Positions 1 to 25,872 of a stretch of 64,000 nt of DNA are shown in pieces (the stretch's first letter is position 1; the number at the start of each line of letters is the position of its first letter). The translations under genes and the position numbers were made by a program. The DNA lies in the NCBI GenBank assembly GCA_036172245.1, contig JAYWIR010000031.1:868001-932000 (forward strand), given 5' to 3'. The stretch is from Raillietiella orientalis (Eukaryota). The notes beneath the pieces were generated by a model. That model saw only the letters and a program-made list of their open reading frames with translations. It was not told the origin of the DNA and did no database searches.

Positions 1-2094
1 CCAGTTCCAGGAGTTCGGTAAAATCAAATAAACAAATGAAATAGAAAAGTAATAAAAAAATATCTTGAAATCTTTTCATAAAAAGTCTGCACTTCCTCGT
101 TTCATTTAAACGCATCATTAGAAACTTTTCGTCTGTTAAGGTTATGTTGTGAACAAGAAACTTACGTCATTTTCTACTTCTGTTTGCCGGCTGCTTGAGA
201 ATGCAATAATGCAAAAATGCTGTGTGAGTGAAAGAATCGTCATTTTAGAAATCCTCCACAAATTTATCAAATAGTTTTTCGATGTGATTAATACTGTTAA
301 ATGCACTATCGTTAGTGGTGTAGTTCAGTCGCCACTAATTGTTTCTTTGTGAGAAATACAATAAGAGTACGAAAGAGCCTTCTCTCTTTAGACGAGAGTG
401 TATATATTTGTTGCAGCATCTCTTGGTTTATCAATAATAAACAATTGCAATAATTATCAAGCAGCATTTCCTAAGCTCAATATCAGGTTCAAAGCTGAAG
501 TGAATCCAGGAAATGGTCACAGAAATTTGCTATCCTAAAATAAGTTGATGTTTCCCAATGAAGAAACTTATTTTTAATGTTGTCCATAAATTTTAGAAAA
601 GAACGTTCACAATTGTTTTGCTCATAATATTAGTTCACTTTTTGACTTGTCCAAATGATAAGTTCGATTCTTGGGCATTTGCATTGGCGAGTTTTCTAAT
701 ATTGCTGAATGGTAACGTTTCCATTTATAAAAGTGCAATCATGAAGATTGCAAATTGCAAAGTGCTAATTGATCTCGCGATTCACTTATGGTACAAAGAT
801 AAGTTCCCTTCATTGGATTTGACTTGTAAATACCATTTCTTGATTCCCTCACGCTAAGATTTTCTCAGCCCTTCTCTTCAGAAATCATGGTAGAGGTATG
901 TCAGAGATATTTTGCAGATTCAAATCATTCTCGTAGATTCTGGTTCAGTGTTCACTTTCCTGCGAAGACTTTTCAAACATAAACGTGTTTTAAAGATCAG
1001 ACAATCTGCAGAATCCAAATATCGCTACAATTAGCACAATTCGCAATAGAAATCTTATTGTATAAGTCTCTATTTCCAAAGTTTGCATCTTAAAATGGTC
1101 GCATGTGAACGTCGAAATTCAGGGCATATTTCATAGTCTTTTTTTTGAAAATTAGTCCATTTCTTTATCGTAGAAAGTTCTCAATATTCATTTCATTTAA
1201 ACACCTTATATGATTTTAAACAACCATACAAGAAAGCATTGCAACTAAATAACTCATTAACAATCACACGTTATAGTACTGGGAAACCATGGTAACATTC
1301 ACAAAATTTGTGTACTAATTACAATGAGGAATGACACTGTGACAATGTAAGCTTATATCTCTTTATGTGCTTCATGGCTGTTTCCCAGATGATGACCATT
1401 CACAAGGATGTCACTTTCGAGAAAGGTACTTATATATTTGTAAATACATCTTCAGACTGCTTTTCTCATAATGATGTGTGCACAGGGCGCAGATCAGGTG
1501 ATTACATTATCGTGAGGAATTCACAAAACTTTTTGGAGGCTTGCAGTGTCTGTGAGTGTGATTTAGGTTCGCATGCTGTGTGATTTTCTGCATAGTTTGT
1601 CCAATGGACTTATCTCTTTTGGTACATACATTTCTTCATGAGCTGGAGATATCAAATTACATGCATGCAAAAGTAATAAAAAGTTACATAAAGGGTAAAA
1701 TACAGATTTGGATGTTTGATATCCAGTGAAGTATCCACAATTAATTTTCTGCTTCAAAGAATCTGTTATCAGGATGTTAAACATACATAAATACCCAGAG
1801 CGTTAATAATACAGTGTGGCAGCCACCAAATTATACTTTATAAGAACTTTGGGTAGGGAGGCATGCTCCAACTGTGGAACCAGAAATATTGCCCTGAACA
1901 GCATGCATTGTTCTGTAAAATGATACATGATTGATTGATTATTTGATATGTAACCAAACAATTTGATTTGGATTATTAGGGTATGAAAATTCCTGCAGTG
2001 TTTTATATTTCAAAATATCCAAACAAATAACAAAATATTCCTAGTAGCTTTTAAGGGCCAAGTTAATATTTCAATTATAATTACTTTATGTAGA

Positions 2095-5000
2095 ATGAAG
2101 TCAGTGGACACAAAAACACCAACTCTAGATATCAAAGAATTGGAAGAGGCACTCAATAAGGTAATGTTTGTTCATTGTAAAGAAATAAAAGAAAATAAAA
2201 ATAAAAATTTCTAAAAAGGTTTGCAAATGTTTAATGTCTTTTTTTTCAAATAGGACAAGCACGAACTAGAAGTCCTTGAAAATGCTTTAAAAAAGGGTGA
2301 TCAAGTAGCAAAAGGCATTCAGTCCATTTTATGCACATTTGAGGGGAAGCTGACCAATTTAGAGAGCACTTTGTTGCCCATTTATAACAAGACTAGCCTT
2401 CTTCAGAAGAAACAACACAGTAATTTCCTTGAAGTGAGAAAAAATAATCAAAACAATTTTCAGATATAGAAGAAACTCTTAGTGCTTTGGACAATGTTAT
2501 TGGCTATTATAATGTATCCAAGGAGGTAGAGTTTGTTATCCGAGATGGACCTGAAGCTAGAGGTATGCTTGCATTTTTGGATGCTTTGAATCGCCTTGAT
2601 GAAGCCATCCAATATTTCAATCAACATAATCCAGCCTCAGTTGAATTAGAAAATGTGGTAAGTACAGCTGTATTTTGTGACAAACTACACAGTCCGTGTC
2701 TCCTCTTGGAAAAGTTTCAAGCTGTTTTTTGTAGATGACCTTATTTGAATCTGGACTTGATACTCTACTGAAGGAATTTCGGGAAATTCTCACCAGGAAT
2801 GGGGTTTCTGTTGAAGTCACAGTCCTTTTGGACCTTATCAATGAAGAAGGTATCCCATAATTAGTCCAAGTGCAATGATCTTTTTAGATTCAAGTGTATG
2901 TGACAACAGCAAATTGATCCAAATACCTCCTGAATCCCAAATAAATCTTGAACGCATCTCCAAATGGCTGTGCTCCCATGATCGTTTAGACCATATTAAT
3001 GTGTTGGGTAAAATGCGAGCGAGCATCATCAGCAAATCCTTGGCTGACTTGGAAGATCATTTACGCAAGGATTCAGGCATCTTGAAACTATCAACATCTC
3101 TGGGAAGTTCCATGTCTCCAGCAAATGTAAGTAGGATGCCAACTAAGAAAGAATACATGTCTGAATGCAAGAAGGGCAAACGTTCTGATGTGATGCGACG
3201 TTCAAGGATCCAAAGACTGTAAGTGATTTTCAATATAGCAGCATTCTTAGTGCTGATGAGCAGTCTTGAACGCAAAGCTAGCCAGATGCTACAAATGGCT
3301 AGCAAATCAATGGAAGGATGCCGTAAAGGAAGTCAAGGGCCGTTGGATAGGACAGATCATGAATGGGAAGCAGATATTCTACTTGCCTATATGCTTGCAG
3401 TACTCCGATTGCTACAAGCTGAGCATTGTTTGGTAAAACGCATTGTACCAGCAGATGCTCAGGGTCATGCCCTTGACTTAATTGCAAAGAAACCATTGGA
3501 GAAACTATCAAGAGAAGGAGAAGCTTTGTGCCAACGAGTAGCCAAGTTGGTTGCCCATCAAGAGTTCATGGCTGTTCTGGGTCTCTTATCAATTTATCGG
3601 CAGCTCACTTTGCTTCTGCCAGAGTTTGAGACTGTATTACATGCTGAATTAACTAAAATTACTGGATTGCAAACCAATTTGAGCAGCACATTATTGACTA
3701 TTTTTGAGGAGCTTGTGACGAGACTTAAGAATGACCCTGAACGCCAAGTACCTCATGATGGTACTGTCCACGAACTTACCAGTAACATGCTGGCATTCCT
3801 TAAGCAGTTATTGGATTATGTCGATGTGTTAGGACCTCTTCTACAACAAAATACTGCATGCTTGGCTGCCTTAAGAAATGCTGATCAGAAAGCAAGCAAC
3901 TCTCGAGTACTAGTAGCTATTTATATGATAAGAGTGCTTGCAGCTCTTGGTGTGGCGTTGGTTACTAAATCAGAAACATACAGTGATCCTCATTTGCGTG
4001 CTATCTTTCGTCTTAATAATTACCAGTACATAGCATCCTTCCTGCAGCAGTCTGGGATGTTGGTTTTGGTCATGTTATTCCAGCCAGATTTTCTGAACTG
4101 CTATCAAGACCTTATTCTGGAGCAGAAAAGGATCTATTCGCAAAGTTGGAGTCGTGTGCTTCACTATATTGTAGATTGCGATGTGCCAATTTCAGTTTTG
4201 CAATCTGGTCACCTTCGTGAACGTGATCGGCAGTTGATCAAAGACAAGTTTGCAGTATGTGATTTCCATTTTTTTTTTTTTTTTTTTATTGTTGAGTTGT
4301 GACAAATTTCAGGGCTTTAACAAAGAATTTGATGAACTGTGCAGGCTGCAAAGAGGATACTGCATTCCTGATCCAGAGTTGAGGGAAAGTCTTAAGAGAG
4401 ACAACAAAGAGTTCATCATACCCAAATATCAGCAGTTTCATGACAAGTAAGTTTGTCATGCATTTTGGGAAGTTGACTTAATTTGGTGTGCATTACGAAA
4501 GTGTTAGAGTTGCATGTTGCATGTGCTTAATCAATCCAATTACATTATTGTGGATTGCAGTGGCACTTTGTTACTCTGTGTTCATATTTTGTAGTTTGCC
4601 CATTGCAGTGTCTGTAGAGCATCAATGCTACAAATAAGATTATAATTATTATTATATGCTGAGTATTACCCCTGCGTGTAATACTCTTGATTACTCTCAT
4701 TAACACACAAGTAAGTAAGAGGTAATTAATAATAAATGAATGGTTCATGGCATACAGTTTTGCACAGGTTTGCTATCTTTTTCCCATTCTTTTGCATTTG
4801 TTTTATTTTGTTACAGAATGGAAAGAAATCTTCGACCTTTCTTCCAAAATATTGACTAGCCATTTAATTCGTAAAAATTGCAATTAAATAGTTCCTTGTA
4901 TTTCCTTGGAGCAGATCTTTTATTTGTACCCTTTATTTTTGCCTAGTTGAGACAGGGGGAACCTTCCATTTTGGTGATGGAGGAATGGATGTCTTGTATT

Positions 5001-8000
5001 TTCAGTCTTTGAAAACTTACATCGTAATGTGAAAGTACGAGAAAGTAAAAAGGAAGTAAACTGAAAACTATTTGTAGAGTGGTAGCAAAATAACTGTCTG
5101 GCTGGTTGAAAACTCGGGTCCAATTTTGCTTTTTTTTTGATGTTGCTTGAATGGAAAAAAAAAGCAAAGTACGAAAACTACTCAGTTAATGTACAGAATC
5201 AAATTTTACTTCAAAATTGCCATTTTTTCCGTTTTATATAATGAAAATGGCAAAGTGTCTATTTCTCAATTTCGTTTTCACCATAAGTATTCCTTTTCCA
5301 ATATCAAATCTTATAGAGTTGCATATAGACCAATCTCCACATCTAGAGTGATTGGCAGGTGGTGCATAGCTTGTCGAAGAGGTTTCCCTGTTTTCATTTG
5401 TGAATATTTAGCATTTCCTGTGCTGTCAAACGGAGTATCTCCATCTTGGAAGATGTGAAGGCGAATCTTTTTGAAAATGATTCATTTGGTAGAAGGAAAT
5501 TGTACTTGGAATTATCAAAGATTATGCAGTTTCTGAGGCATTCTCGTAAAGGAGATGACAGTTGAAAAAAATTTGAAGGGATATAATTTTGTGTTTATAC
5601 AGTTGAACGTCAAGTGGTGGATCAACAAGTTAGACTTGAAAAATAGATGTTTAATGGATGTTGAGAGGATTTAGGGGAGCTGAAAGAATTCAGATTCTTG
5701 CAGTCTTGGGAAGAACTCTTTCTTAGTGGATAAGTATGTTTATGTTGCTTTGTGTTATGTAACGAGTATGAAAAGGAAAAAAAAATCTGAGGCGTTTGCA
5801 GCATTAAAATTACTTTGCATAACCGTATTTATGCTAAGGATGATACGATTAAACACTTTGAGCATATCGGAAATTTGTATTATATTTCATGTCAACGAAA
5901 ACTGCATGCAAGTGAAAATGATAACACAATGTATACCTTTAAAATCCCAGACTGGACTGGAATGTAATTACATGACTTGGGAATTCCCAGAAGTGATTTC
6001 GAATGATGTTATTACCTGACGCGATTAATACCCTGCTACTCGGTTCGTGGTCTTAGGAAATGCTAAATTTTATTACAGTGTGTAGGTTTCTGGGTTGGAC
6101 AAAGAGAAAAAGCATTTTTTTCAAGAGTGGAAAGACATTGTGAAAAACATGAAAAATGTACACTCAGCTCAACATGATCAAGTGGTTCAAGTTGAAGTAA
6201 ACAAGGGTTTCTTTGTGTACAGCAATGCTTAAAGTACCCTTTCTTAAGTGGTGACGATGCTTGTTGAGAAATTGATATACATTCAGTAACCACTTGTCAA
6301 TTCTCAGAAGTAATAGAATATATTCCCTGTTCTGCTTGTTGTGCCTTGCAGCTACCTGCAAAACGTGTCTTTTAGATTTTTGGGCCGCCTCATCTTTTCT
6401 TCTTCGTCAGCTGTTAACTCTAATTATCGGCAATGCGTCTGCCATGTAGATTTATCGTTCAAACGTTGGCAAAATTATATTCAGGTTATTCACATGCATC
6501 CGTGATTCTTGCTTGAGCCTATTTTACTTTTAACGGTTATTGTCTTTCCACCCGGAAAGATTTTCGAGGGAACTCTTAGAACACTTGGATCCCATAATCC
6601 TGTTATGTCGATAATTATCGAAAAGCATCGGACTAACATCTCGTGCTATTTAGTCAGTTTTCATGAGAACCAGACGACCCAGCTCTTCGAAGCCCGCCCA
6701 TGGAGACTGCCATGTAACGAAGAATTTATGATGATGATGATGATGATGAAGCATGAATTTTGCTGATCTCAGATCAGCCTGTTGTGCATCTAAAGCGTGA
6801 ATGTGTATTTTTGTGTTCGTCTGCTCATGAGAATAAGATGGAGAAGATTTTACATTATCTCATGCTGATCTTATCGATTGCAAAAATCTAAAAAATTTCG
6901 AAACACATCTCGGAAGGACTTCGTGAATGTTTACTCTTCGCGTACAGCTTCCATGATTGCATCATTATTCATATTTCGCTGAGATTCGTATATAAAATTT
7001 GATTTGCCGAGTGAGAATTTTCTCAACTTTCCTCAGTTGCGACATAGATTAAGTAAATGCCATCATTGAGTGTCATTTATGGCTGAAGACTCTCCACTAT
7101 ACATTAAAATTTATATGTATTGCGTTTTTTGATTCAAATTTGATATATGATCTGCATTGAGTTGTATTTGTCGGAGGTGCTTTTAAATTTGAGCCCACTC
7201 ATAGTTTTGAGAGGGATAGAAGAATTATTAAGTATTTACTTGGTTTGCCATGCAATGCAGTTGTATTTACGTATTGGGTAATACCGTTTGCACATCAGAG
7301 CGATTTCAAGAGACTTGCTATTTGTGGAGGGTTTCTTTTTGGAAATCAAATGCATTTGCTGGCAAGCAGTGCCCTTCTCTGCGAAACTGTCGAATGCAAC
7401 GGCAGCAAAAAGCTCAACGTGTTCTCTTGCTGCTTTTCTGTTTCGTTGAAGATGCAGACGGTTCCCTAGCAAGTGCGTGTGATCATGAAGCAAAAGGCAA
7501 ATGGTCCACACATGGGGTAAACCAGCCTCCTCAGAATCAGATTTTTGGTTTTAATCGTAACTTCTCCGTAATTGGTATTTTTTGATTTATTTGTAAACGG
7601 CACGTTTTGAATACGTCCACGTGCTCACGCTTGGCACCAAAACGGAAAGAAGTAAATTTCTAACGTCTGAAGGAATGGCCGAAATTCCGTGTTTCGTACA
7701 CCGTTCGAGCTACCATGGCGGCGGTACGAGTTTGAACGTGTAACCGCCAAACCATTGTGGCTAAAAAAGAAAATTCCACATTTTGGCCTGTTTTAAAAGG
7801 AGGGTGAAGTACCTTTCCACGTATTTTGCATTTGTGTATGTGTCGTGCACAAATCCGTGGGTATCTTCATTCGCGTAGCCGAATTCAAGTCCCTTAAGAA
7901 TTAAATCAAATTTCTTTCGTGGTGTACGTTTTAATTCTCCAGAGGCAGGCCGAGTCTGGAGAGATAGTAGAGCCCATGCCCACGTGAATTTGAAACCACA

Positions 8001-8422
8001 GCTTCCACTGCAAGTGCTCGTTTTTCATCTCTTTCTGAGTACGCAGCTCTGAACTAATGTAAAGCAAGTCATTCTGCTTCGTAAACTCCAAGGAATTCAA
8101 CGATTTCAATTTAGCCGCCCTTTTTTCCAAGAAAAAATAAGATAAAACAAAAAATAACTGACGGATTCCGGCGCGTGTTTATCGAATCCTGAAGAGTGCA
8201 CATAGATGATATTGTGTAGTTCATGTGTGTGTCTGTATGAAAACGTTGTCCGTTGCATGCGTGGTGTGCACTAGCAGTCATGTGCGTACACGGACCTACC
8301 TGTTCCTTTATCTTTCTAGATACTCCCATCTTTCGTTCAGCAAGAATCCTGATAAATATCTACGACACTCTCCTGCTGATGTTTCGCAGATGATCGATAC
8401 CTTTTTCGATGATGCAGCCTAA
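2095..8422 (+). CDS. EXOC7: Exocyst complex component 7 (Exo70). Coding exons 2095-2160, 2254-2419, 2464-2657, 2735-2849, 2888-3218, 3264-4254, 4313-4446, 8320-8422 (2100 nt, 699 aa)
   Basis: All introns are GT-AG and the phases join into one open frame. Exo70 motifs recognised: NIEETLSALDNVIGYY, VPHDGTVHELTSN, AIFRLNNYQYI, IKDKFAGFNKEFDE, IPDPELRESLKRDN, FSKNPDKYLRH...FFDDAA*. An acceptor AG sits 1 nt before the ATG, so a 5' UTR exon or trans-spliced leader lies upstream (not located). Confidence 0.95.
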
Positions 8423-8785
8423 CACTGTGGAACCGCATAAATCTTTTATCCCAAAGAATTCACTTCGTTGTCATTCAATAACAGATGAATTTCTTTTTCC
8501 AGCGTACGAACCATCGGAACTTTGTTCCGATTTTAAAACTGAATCCGTGTGGTTCATCGAACTGCATTCCGAATTTCGTTATGTTGCGTACACCTATGGC
8601 AGACCACGCACCCATTTAGGACTTTTGAGAGCTCCCGAAGGAAAAGCTTGAAAGTAGTAGGGACATGTGGTAGTGCTTTCGTATTTGCGGTTGACGTGTC
8701 AGCGATGTTGTATGGAGAAAGGTTAATTGTTTTGAAATGATTCATTCGCAGTAGTGGATTGGTGTTATCGAGACGACGGCTCACA

Positions 8786-19391
<10,606 letters not shown>

Positions 19392-19545
19392 AGCGGTTGT
19401 ACTTTTGTATGATGTGCAATAAGCTCTGTTCCGCCTTTCAGAACGGTGCAAGGAGAGCGAAACACTAAAATTCATCTTCGAGTCTATATTTTGCTATTTC
19501 CCGTGGTTGTTTATGTTTTCAATGTTTTGCTATTTGCAAGCAAAT

Positions 19546-19551
19546 AATAAA
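19546..19551 (+). terminator. Probable GFAT polyadenylation signal
   Basis: AATAAA about 155 nt after the stop, followed by a U-rich tract. Confidence 0.6.
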
Positions 19552-22500
19552 GGTTTTCATGTTCTTTACTTTCTTTACGTTCACTGTTGCATCAATCATC
19601 AAGTTGTGCATCAAGCAAGAATTTCTTGCTTGATGCATTCCGAAAGAACACTTCCTAAGGCCGTCAAGTAATAGGCGAGGGTAGTAACGTGCTAGGGATG
19701 CTTTCATAGAAGGAGGGTATGCCGTCATGGGCAGTGGTCGTCTCAAAGTTCGAATAGAAGACAAATTATTCTGTGGGACTCGGGAAAAAAAAAAAAAAAG
19801 TCTCGATATTTGCCTATTGTATTTAAAGCTTTCACTTTGCCTTCTTTTGTAGGTTGAGTAGCGTTTGCATGAATCTGGAAGCTCGTTTGTTTCAGGGTTG
19901 TTTCCTTTGCATGTTTGTTTCAACACTGAAATTCTCACTCTTACTGTCTGTATCTGCACCCATCATTAATGCATGTCTTTTGAAAAACGAGCTATAAAGT
20001 ACAATAAATGCTCTGTTGTTTGTTTAAAAGTATATTTCACGTCGTGAAAGAGAATGTCTTTGCTTCGCAATATCTGCTGATTCTCGCAGACTTCGTAGCG
20101 CTTTAAGGGAAGTGCATTTTGCTTGCCTCCGTGATATCTTCTGTCATTGAGGAGACGCCCATTCACTGAATTCAGTTTGCCAACGAAATGCTGCCAGAAA
20201 AATAGATAAAACATCAACCACATCTTAGAATCGTAGAATGAACGTGGAATCTATCCCGGAGTATCCTAGAACCTATAGATACTTGAAATCTTGAAACGGT
20301 GTTCGGATTCGGTGACCACCAGAATGTGGTCGTCAGTCAGAAGCTTAGGTGCGTATCCTTGTCCTCGCGTTCCTGTTATCGTGATCCAGATTCCCATTTT
20401 CGAATGTTTGTCCCTAGACTTATAGTGGAAATTGCTTGCAGAGTAGATCTGCGCTTTATCTTTCATTGGGTTCTGCGATCCAGATGCATTCCATGAATCA
20501 TCTACTGTTTCTGAGGATTCTGATTCTTTGACATTCCTAAAAAAAAATTTCGTTGGTCGCATCATTATTTTCATTCTTTAATTTTCTTGGTAGTGGATAC
20601 AGCTGTTCAGCTCCCTGAATTTTTTTTCTTTCCAAAAACTTTTAGGAGTGACAGTAATAATTTTCACTGTCTTTTTGAGCCCCCAAACGATTATGTTTTT
20701 GTAACACATACTTCGTTATATTAGAGTAGTCTTAAAGTACGGAATTTGATTTTATCTGCTTTATTTTAATCGACTTTCATTTCTGAAGGAAACCAAACAG
20801 CATGCAATCAAATTGGAGTCTCGAAATCTGAATAAATTCCACATAACTTGACTCTTTTCTCTAACTGTTCCAGTCTTCTTTTTGCTAACCATCTTACTCT
20901 TCATAGAGTTGGCGAACGTTTGATATGGGATTATGTTTTATTAGTCTCATTCAAAGAATACTTATTGCCAGTGTACTGTAGATAAGGAATTTTTGCTACT
21001 TGTGTTTGGCGTCAATGGATCAAACCGTTGTTTCCTAGACGATTCTAAGATTTTTGCACTTATTATTGACTAAATCCAAAGTCTCAAATTTGATTGGAGA
21101 ATACATTGAATAATTATATAGATAGCTCGCACAGTGTGTGAGATATAGCAGAAAAACTACATCTTGTGAACCTATCCAGTTAATTCCGTGAAATTCTCGG
21201 GACAGAAGTAATGGCAGTCGCTGTCTGTTATTTGTACATAGATGACACTGTATTCTTGCTATACTGTTTATGGAAAATTTGTGAGGCGTACTCCTTAAGC
21301 TAAGCATTCTGACTTCGTCAAGAAGATGTGATGTAAAAGAAACTTGGGAATAGGCAATGTCTTGTGAGTTCCTCTGCTAGGAAAATCCCATAGAATGGTC
21401 GTCGGTCTGAACTTTCGAGCACAAGCCAGCCAAACAAACTCTTCTGGCATCAGCATCACAGCTCTTATCATTGGAAGCATTCACATTGTAAAGTGCAAGT
21501 GCGTTGCAGATGGTTATAGAGGAAACGCAATTTTCCGGTCGAAGCAGCATTGTGTCTCTTAGTGTGAGAAAACCGGCCCCCGTCTGTGGATATGAACTTC
21601 TGAATAGTCCACCGTGAGAGAATACTGAAGACTTAAGATTAATGTGCTGTGAGTCGTGATGCATGGCAACACAAGCTGGACAGATGCTTCATCTTTGGAC
21701 CGTTGCGGATACACACGGGAAATGGAAATTGATTATGAAATATCGAAGTTCAGTTCTTGAAAAGTTAACACACCGAATTTGGATTGCTTTTCCGAATGTA
21801 GCAGTCTGAAAGCGACTGTCCTTGATATCCCTCAGAAAAGGATAACCACTAGAAAGGATCGAGATCAGGACGAGCAAAGACAACTCACCGAAGAACTCTT
21901 CCACCTACCTTGCACGCTGGTGTGCAATAAGTAGGCTTAACGGTGGTTGTTCATCTGCCGCTTTCACATTTGAATGAATTCATTTTTTCAAATGTTCTTT
22001 TTAGCAATCTTTCGCTGATACCCATTTCCAGGAATTCTCTGCAAATTCTCCGTAAAGGCGTAGAATAGCTAAATCCTCAACTGGCATTCACAGAACATTT
22101 GGAGAGCACCGAACAATTCACATACTGCTTTAGAAATACTGATTGCTTTGCTACGTGAATGTTGCTTGATGGATGCAAACGTACCAAGAGAGAATTTCCT
22201 CCTGCATCTGTTGTGCTTCTTATATTTCCATGAATTTTCACGAGCGTGACGTTTTCGAATGGTTTTGCTGCCTGATGGAGCAGTTGTCAATCCGAGAAGT
22301 TGGCAGAGAAGAAAGCAGTAGAAGAGAACTCAAGTGGTCCATTTTTCACTTAAAAAAGCAGAACGGTTCTTCCAAAGATGAAGAACCAGTGTGCACTTGA
22401 GAGAGGATCTGTTAAAATCCCTCACACACGCATCGAAGCACAGATTTGGTTCACAGTTCAACTTTTGTTTTGTGAATCCATGCCATGCGAACGCTTAGGA

Positions 22501-25500
22501 CATTTCTATCCGGTATTCCAGTAGAAATTTTGAAAACATTCATTTGAATAACCTAGATGTGCTTTCTTTTTGCTTCTAAAATCTAAGTTGCTTTTTCTTT
22601 TTTTTTTTTTTTCATTCATAGCTTTTTGGAAATTTAGAGAACGAACTACTTCACAATCTATTTCACTTATACTACTAGAGAAAGTTTGTCTGCAAAGGAA
22701 GCCGTCTGCTGATTGTAACGAGGAACTTTTGTGGCTTGGGAATTGCAGTCAAGCACCAGCAATTAGACTTCACAGTCCTGTCTGCCTAACATCCATAACT
22801 TATAGACAATAATGCACAGCAGATGATGAGAACTCTCCTTGGCGATTCTTTTGGAAGCTCAAACTGTTGGATACCTAGCATAGGAGCCATCATCTCCAAT
22901 ACAACGTTGCTATGCAACTCATGTCTTTCGAATTCCAACTGCAAAGGTGAATCAGTGTAAGGTAATTCAAGGTAGAGAAGAAACGCACTACTGGGATGCG
23001 AAGAACTCCAAAACCTTCTAGTCTTTCCATTTCTATTCTTTTTTTTTCCAGTGAATAGATTCAGGGATGCTGGACATGGTGTACTCGTTAAATGCAACAT
23101 GAGATTCAATTACTCAATGATCTGACTGATTTGAAATTCAACTGATACAAAGGCTCATGGAATTGTGGTCATTCCATCATCCATGATGAGGTTGGAAGCA
23201 ATGAAAGCAAAGCGAGCCACGTGGTTATTGGTCATGAGTTTATTGGGGCTCTTGACTTTGGAAATTGGTAATCAGAAAGACTTGACAGAAAGGATCTACC
23301 CATCCTAATTTAGAAAAGGAAATGCAGATAGGCATGGAAAAATCAACATTTGGAGTAGTAATTGATAATTACAGTGCACAGCATTGGGGCCGAATCACTT
23401 GCACTTCAAGATACTGGATTTTTTGGAAAAGAAGGAATAAATGACTGTGGATGGCAGAATAAAATATGGAAAGAGAAAGGGATATATCGACTCTTTAGAA
23501 TGTCTTCTTATGGATTTCAGGCATCTCTCCTTTTTCTCCCCTATAAGTTGGCGTTTCGATTTTTCAAATGCTCCTCTTTTTCTTCAGCCATGCAACGGTG
23601 GTTTTCTTTGCTTCCTTCCAGACAAGATTCTTTTCTTGTATTCCATCCCCTAAGATACCTCGGCATGAATAAATGGATTATACAGATGCTTCAGCTGCAT
23701 TTCTCGATCATATCTTCCCATCTGTCGAGAAACAGAATCACAAATCTTCAAATGTTTCCTGTCCAATGTTTTAACACTGGAAAGGGAGTATTCACCACGA
23801 AAGGGAGTTCCAAGAGATGAAGTGAATTTCTACCTAGTTAATCAGAGAGAAGCCTGCAGCAGTCTTTTAATTCATTTTCCATTCTTCTTTGAGACGGAAG
23901 TTCCTTCTTTGAGGAAAGAAAATCTTTTCTAGGAAATCTCCAAGTTTAAAAGTGCAGACTGGGATTATCGGAATCCAGGAACACCTCTTATCGAATCCAC
24001 TACATGATCGTGCCACGGGACGCTTTGACAGCCACCGCGGCAGGCGACTCTCTCTAATCAAGAAGTTTTGTAATAGATGTGGAACAGCATCCCATCTGCA
24101 GCACTTATTTCATCAGATGAAGTTTGCTGATTTTACACTCGCTGTTTCCATATGAAGCGAACCGAGGCAAACTCATCGTCAAAAAGGAAGTCATAATGCT
24201 CAGTCGAGCTTCCTTCTGATTGGATTCCTCCTGGAATCCGTGGACTCCATTAGGTGTGGATTAAAAATGAAATACTTTATAAAAATAATTTCGGTTATTG
24301 GATTACGTCTGCCATCCACTAATTCTTACGCGAGAACCTCCTCTTCTTCAGTCTTGAAAAGTGTTCCTGGTGTTTCTTGAAAGGCATGATACTCGAAAGC
24401 AGGTCGAGATAAGGAATTTCGAAGATTCTCATTTATAAGGCTGGAAGCCAAACTCTAGCAATAATCAAAAGCATTTTCTAGTTTTTCTGGACGTCAGTGA
24501 GTCCTTGAACAGAACAGGGAGTGATACAATTGTCTCCATGTTTTCCAGAAATTGATGACCACATGCACATGCCATTACATAAGAAAGCATAAGGAACTTT
24601 TCAGAAAAAGAATCAAATTGAAAGTTTCCGCACTCTTTTTCTTTAGATCATGCTATAGATGAAAATTACATAGTTGGAATTCATATAATTTTTGGAATGC
24701 CCAGAACATTGGCTTAAAACCCTTTCAGTTAGATAGAAACCATAATGTCCTGTATTTTTCCTCTTCATAGAAGTTTCCATTAATTCACTACGAACTTTAC
24801 TCACACACCCTTGCATTGATAAACACCAAGAAATTTCCAAAGAGAACATTTTCAATGGTTCTCCATAAATGTGTAGACGAACCACGAAAGCTCGTGTTAG
24901 CTGTGGCTTTGGGAAGTGCGTTCGATATCTTCTGATGGGACTGAGGATGCTTCTTCATTTCCAAATCATACATTCGTCATCGCAGATGAGATGCAGTCGT
25001 GAAGATCATAAAGATGTGCCGCGAAATTTGAATAATCAAATGATCCCGGCGTTCCCAGCGTGGAGACGGCGCCTTTCCTTGCTCCCCCTTGCTTTGTGAA
25101 ATGAGCTTGCATTTCCGGAAGCGTGAACTTGTCCATCACACATCCGTTTACAAGGTCAACTCTCATGAAGACGGGAATTTGCTTTTTGAAAGATCTCTGC
25201 TAACGGAAGATTAGGCTCGCGTTCTTCCGCCGCTTGCAGAATTCCGTCGTTCAGAGACATTTCGAGAGCTCGTCGGGGATTCCAGATGCTCCATCATCTG
25301 TGGTAAAATTTAGATTAGCAAAACAAAATTTAGCCGAGTGTGTCTCCCATGAAATGTGGAAAAAAGAAAAAAAGGCAATGCACATCTCGATGACAACTTG
25401 AACAAGGAAGTAGAAGAGGCAAGTGTTCCCGTTTCTGAATTTCTTCTGTAGCTAGTCCTTTCTTAAAAGTGATCTTTCAAGAAATCGCATGTGTTTTCTT

Positions 25501-25841
25501 TTTCTCCTTCTATTTCTTTTTTTCTTCCTAAAAAAAAAAGCGGCTTGAATAGAAGAATGCGTTTGCGAATTACTTTATTACTACGAGCTAATCACAACGT
25601 TACTACTATCGCATTTGATAAGAGCATCCAACACACACGTTTCATATTACGTCACTGAGATGTGTTCAGATTCGAAACCAGAATGTTTGTTGGTTACACA
25701 CAGGGATCACATTTTTACAGAAAAATGAAAAGCTTGCAACAGATCAGCGGGCTCCTGAAATTGTGCAATGAGAGGTCAAAGACTAAGCACGTTCTCTGCT
25801 TTCCTTGAAACGTGAAGATTTAGCAGCGAAAGTAACACGAC

Positions 25842-25872
<31 letters not shown>

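Noticed and set aside
5959..5968. miR-1 5' sequence TGGAATGTAA
   Set aside because: The match stops at 10 nt and there is no precursor hairpin.
6164..6445. Nested minus-strand gene in the last Exo70 intron
   Set aside because: In-frame TGA after 12 codons, no recognisable homology and no consistent exon chain.
20266..20537. Minus-strand open frame after a T-rich acceptor, a possible terminal exon
   Set aside because: No upstream exon with an open frame was found and there is no recognisable domain.
24480..24800. Gypsy integrase relic on the minus strand (TGHYGFYLT..RV)
   Set aside because: Only one loose motif; no HHCC cysteines or DDE residues recoverable.
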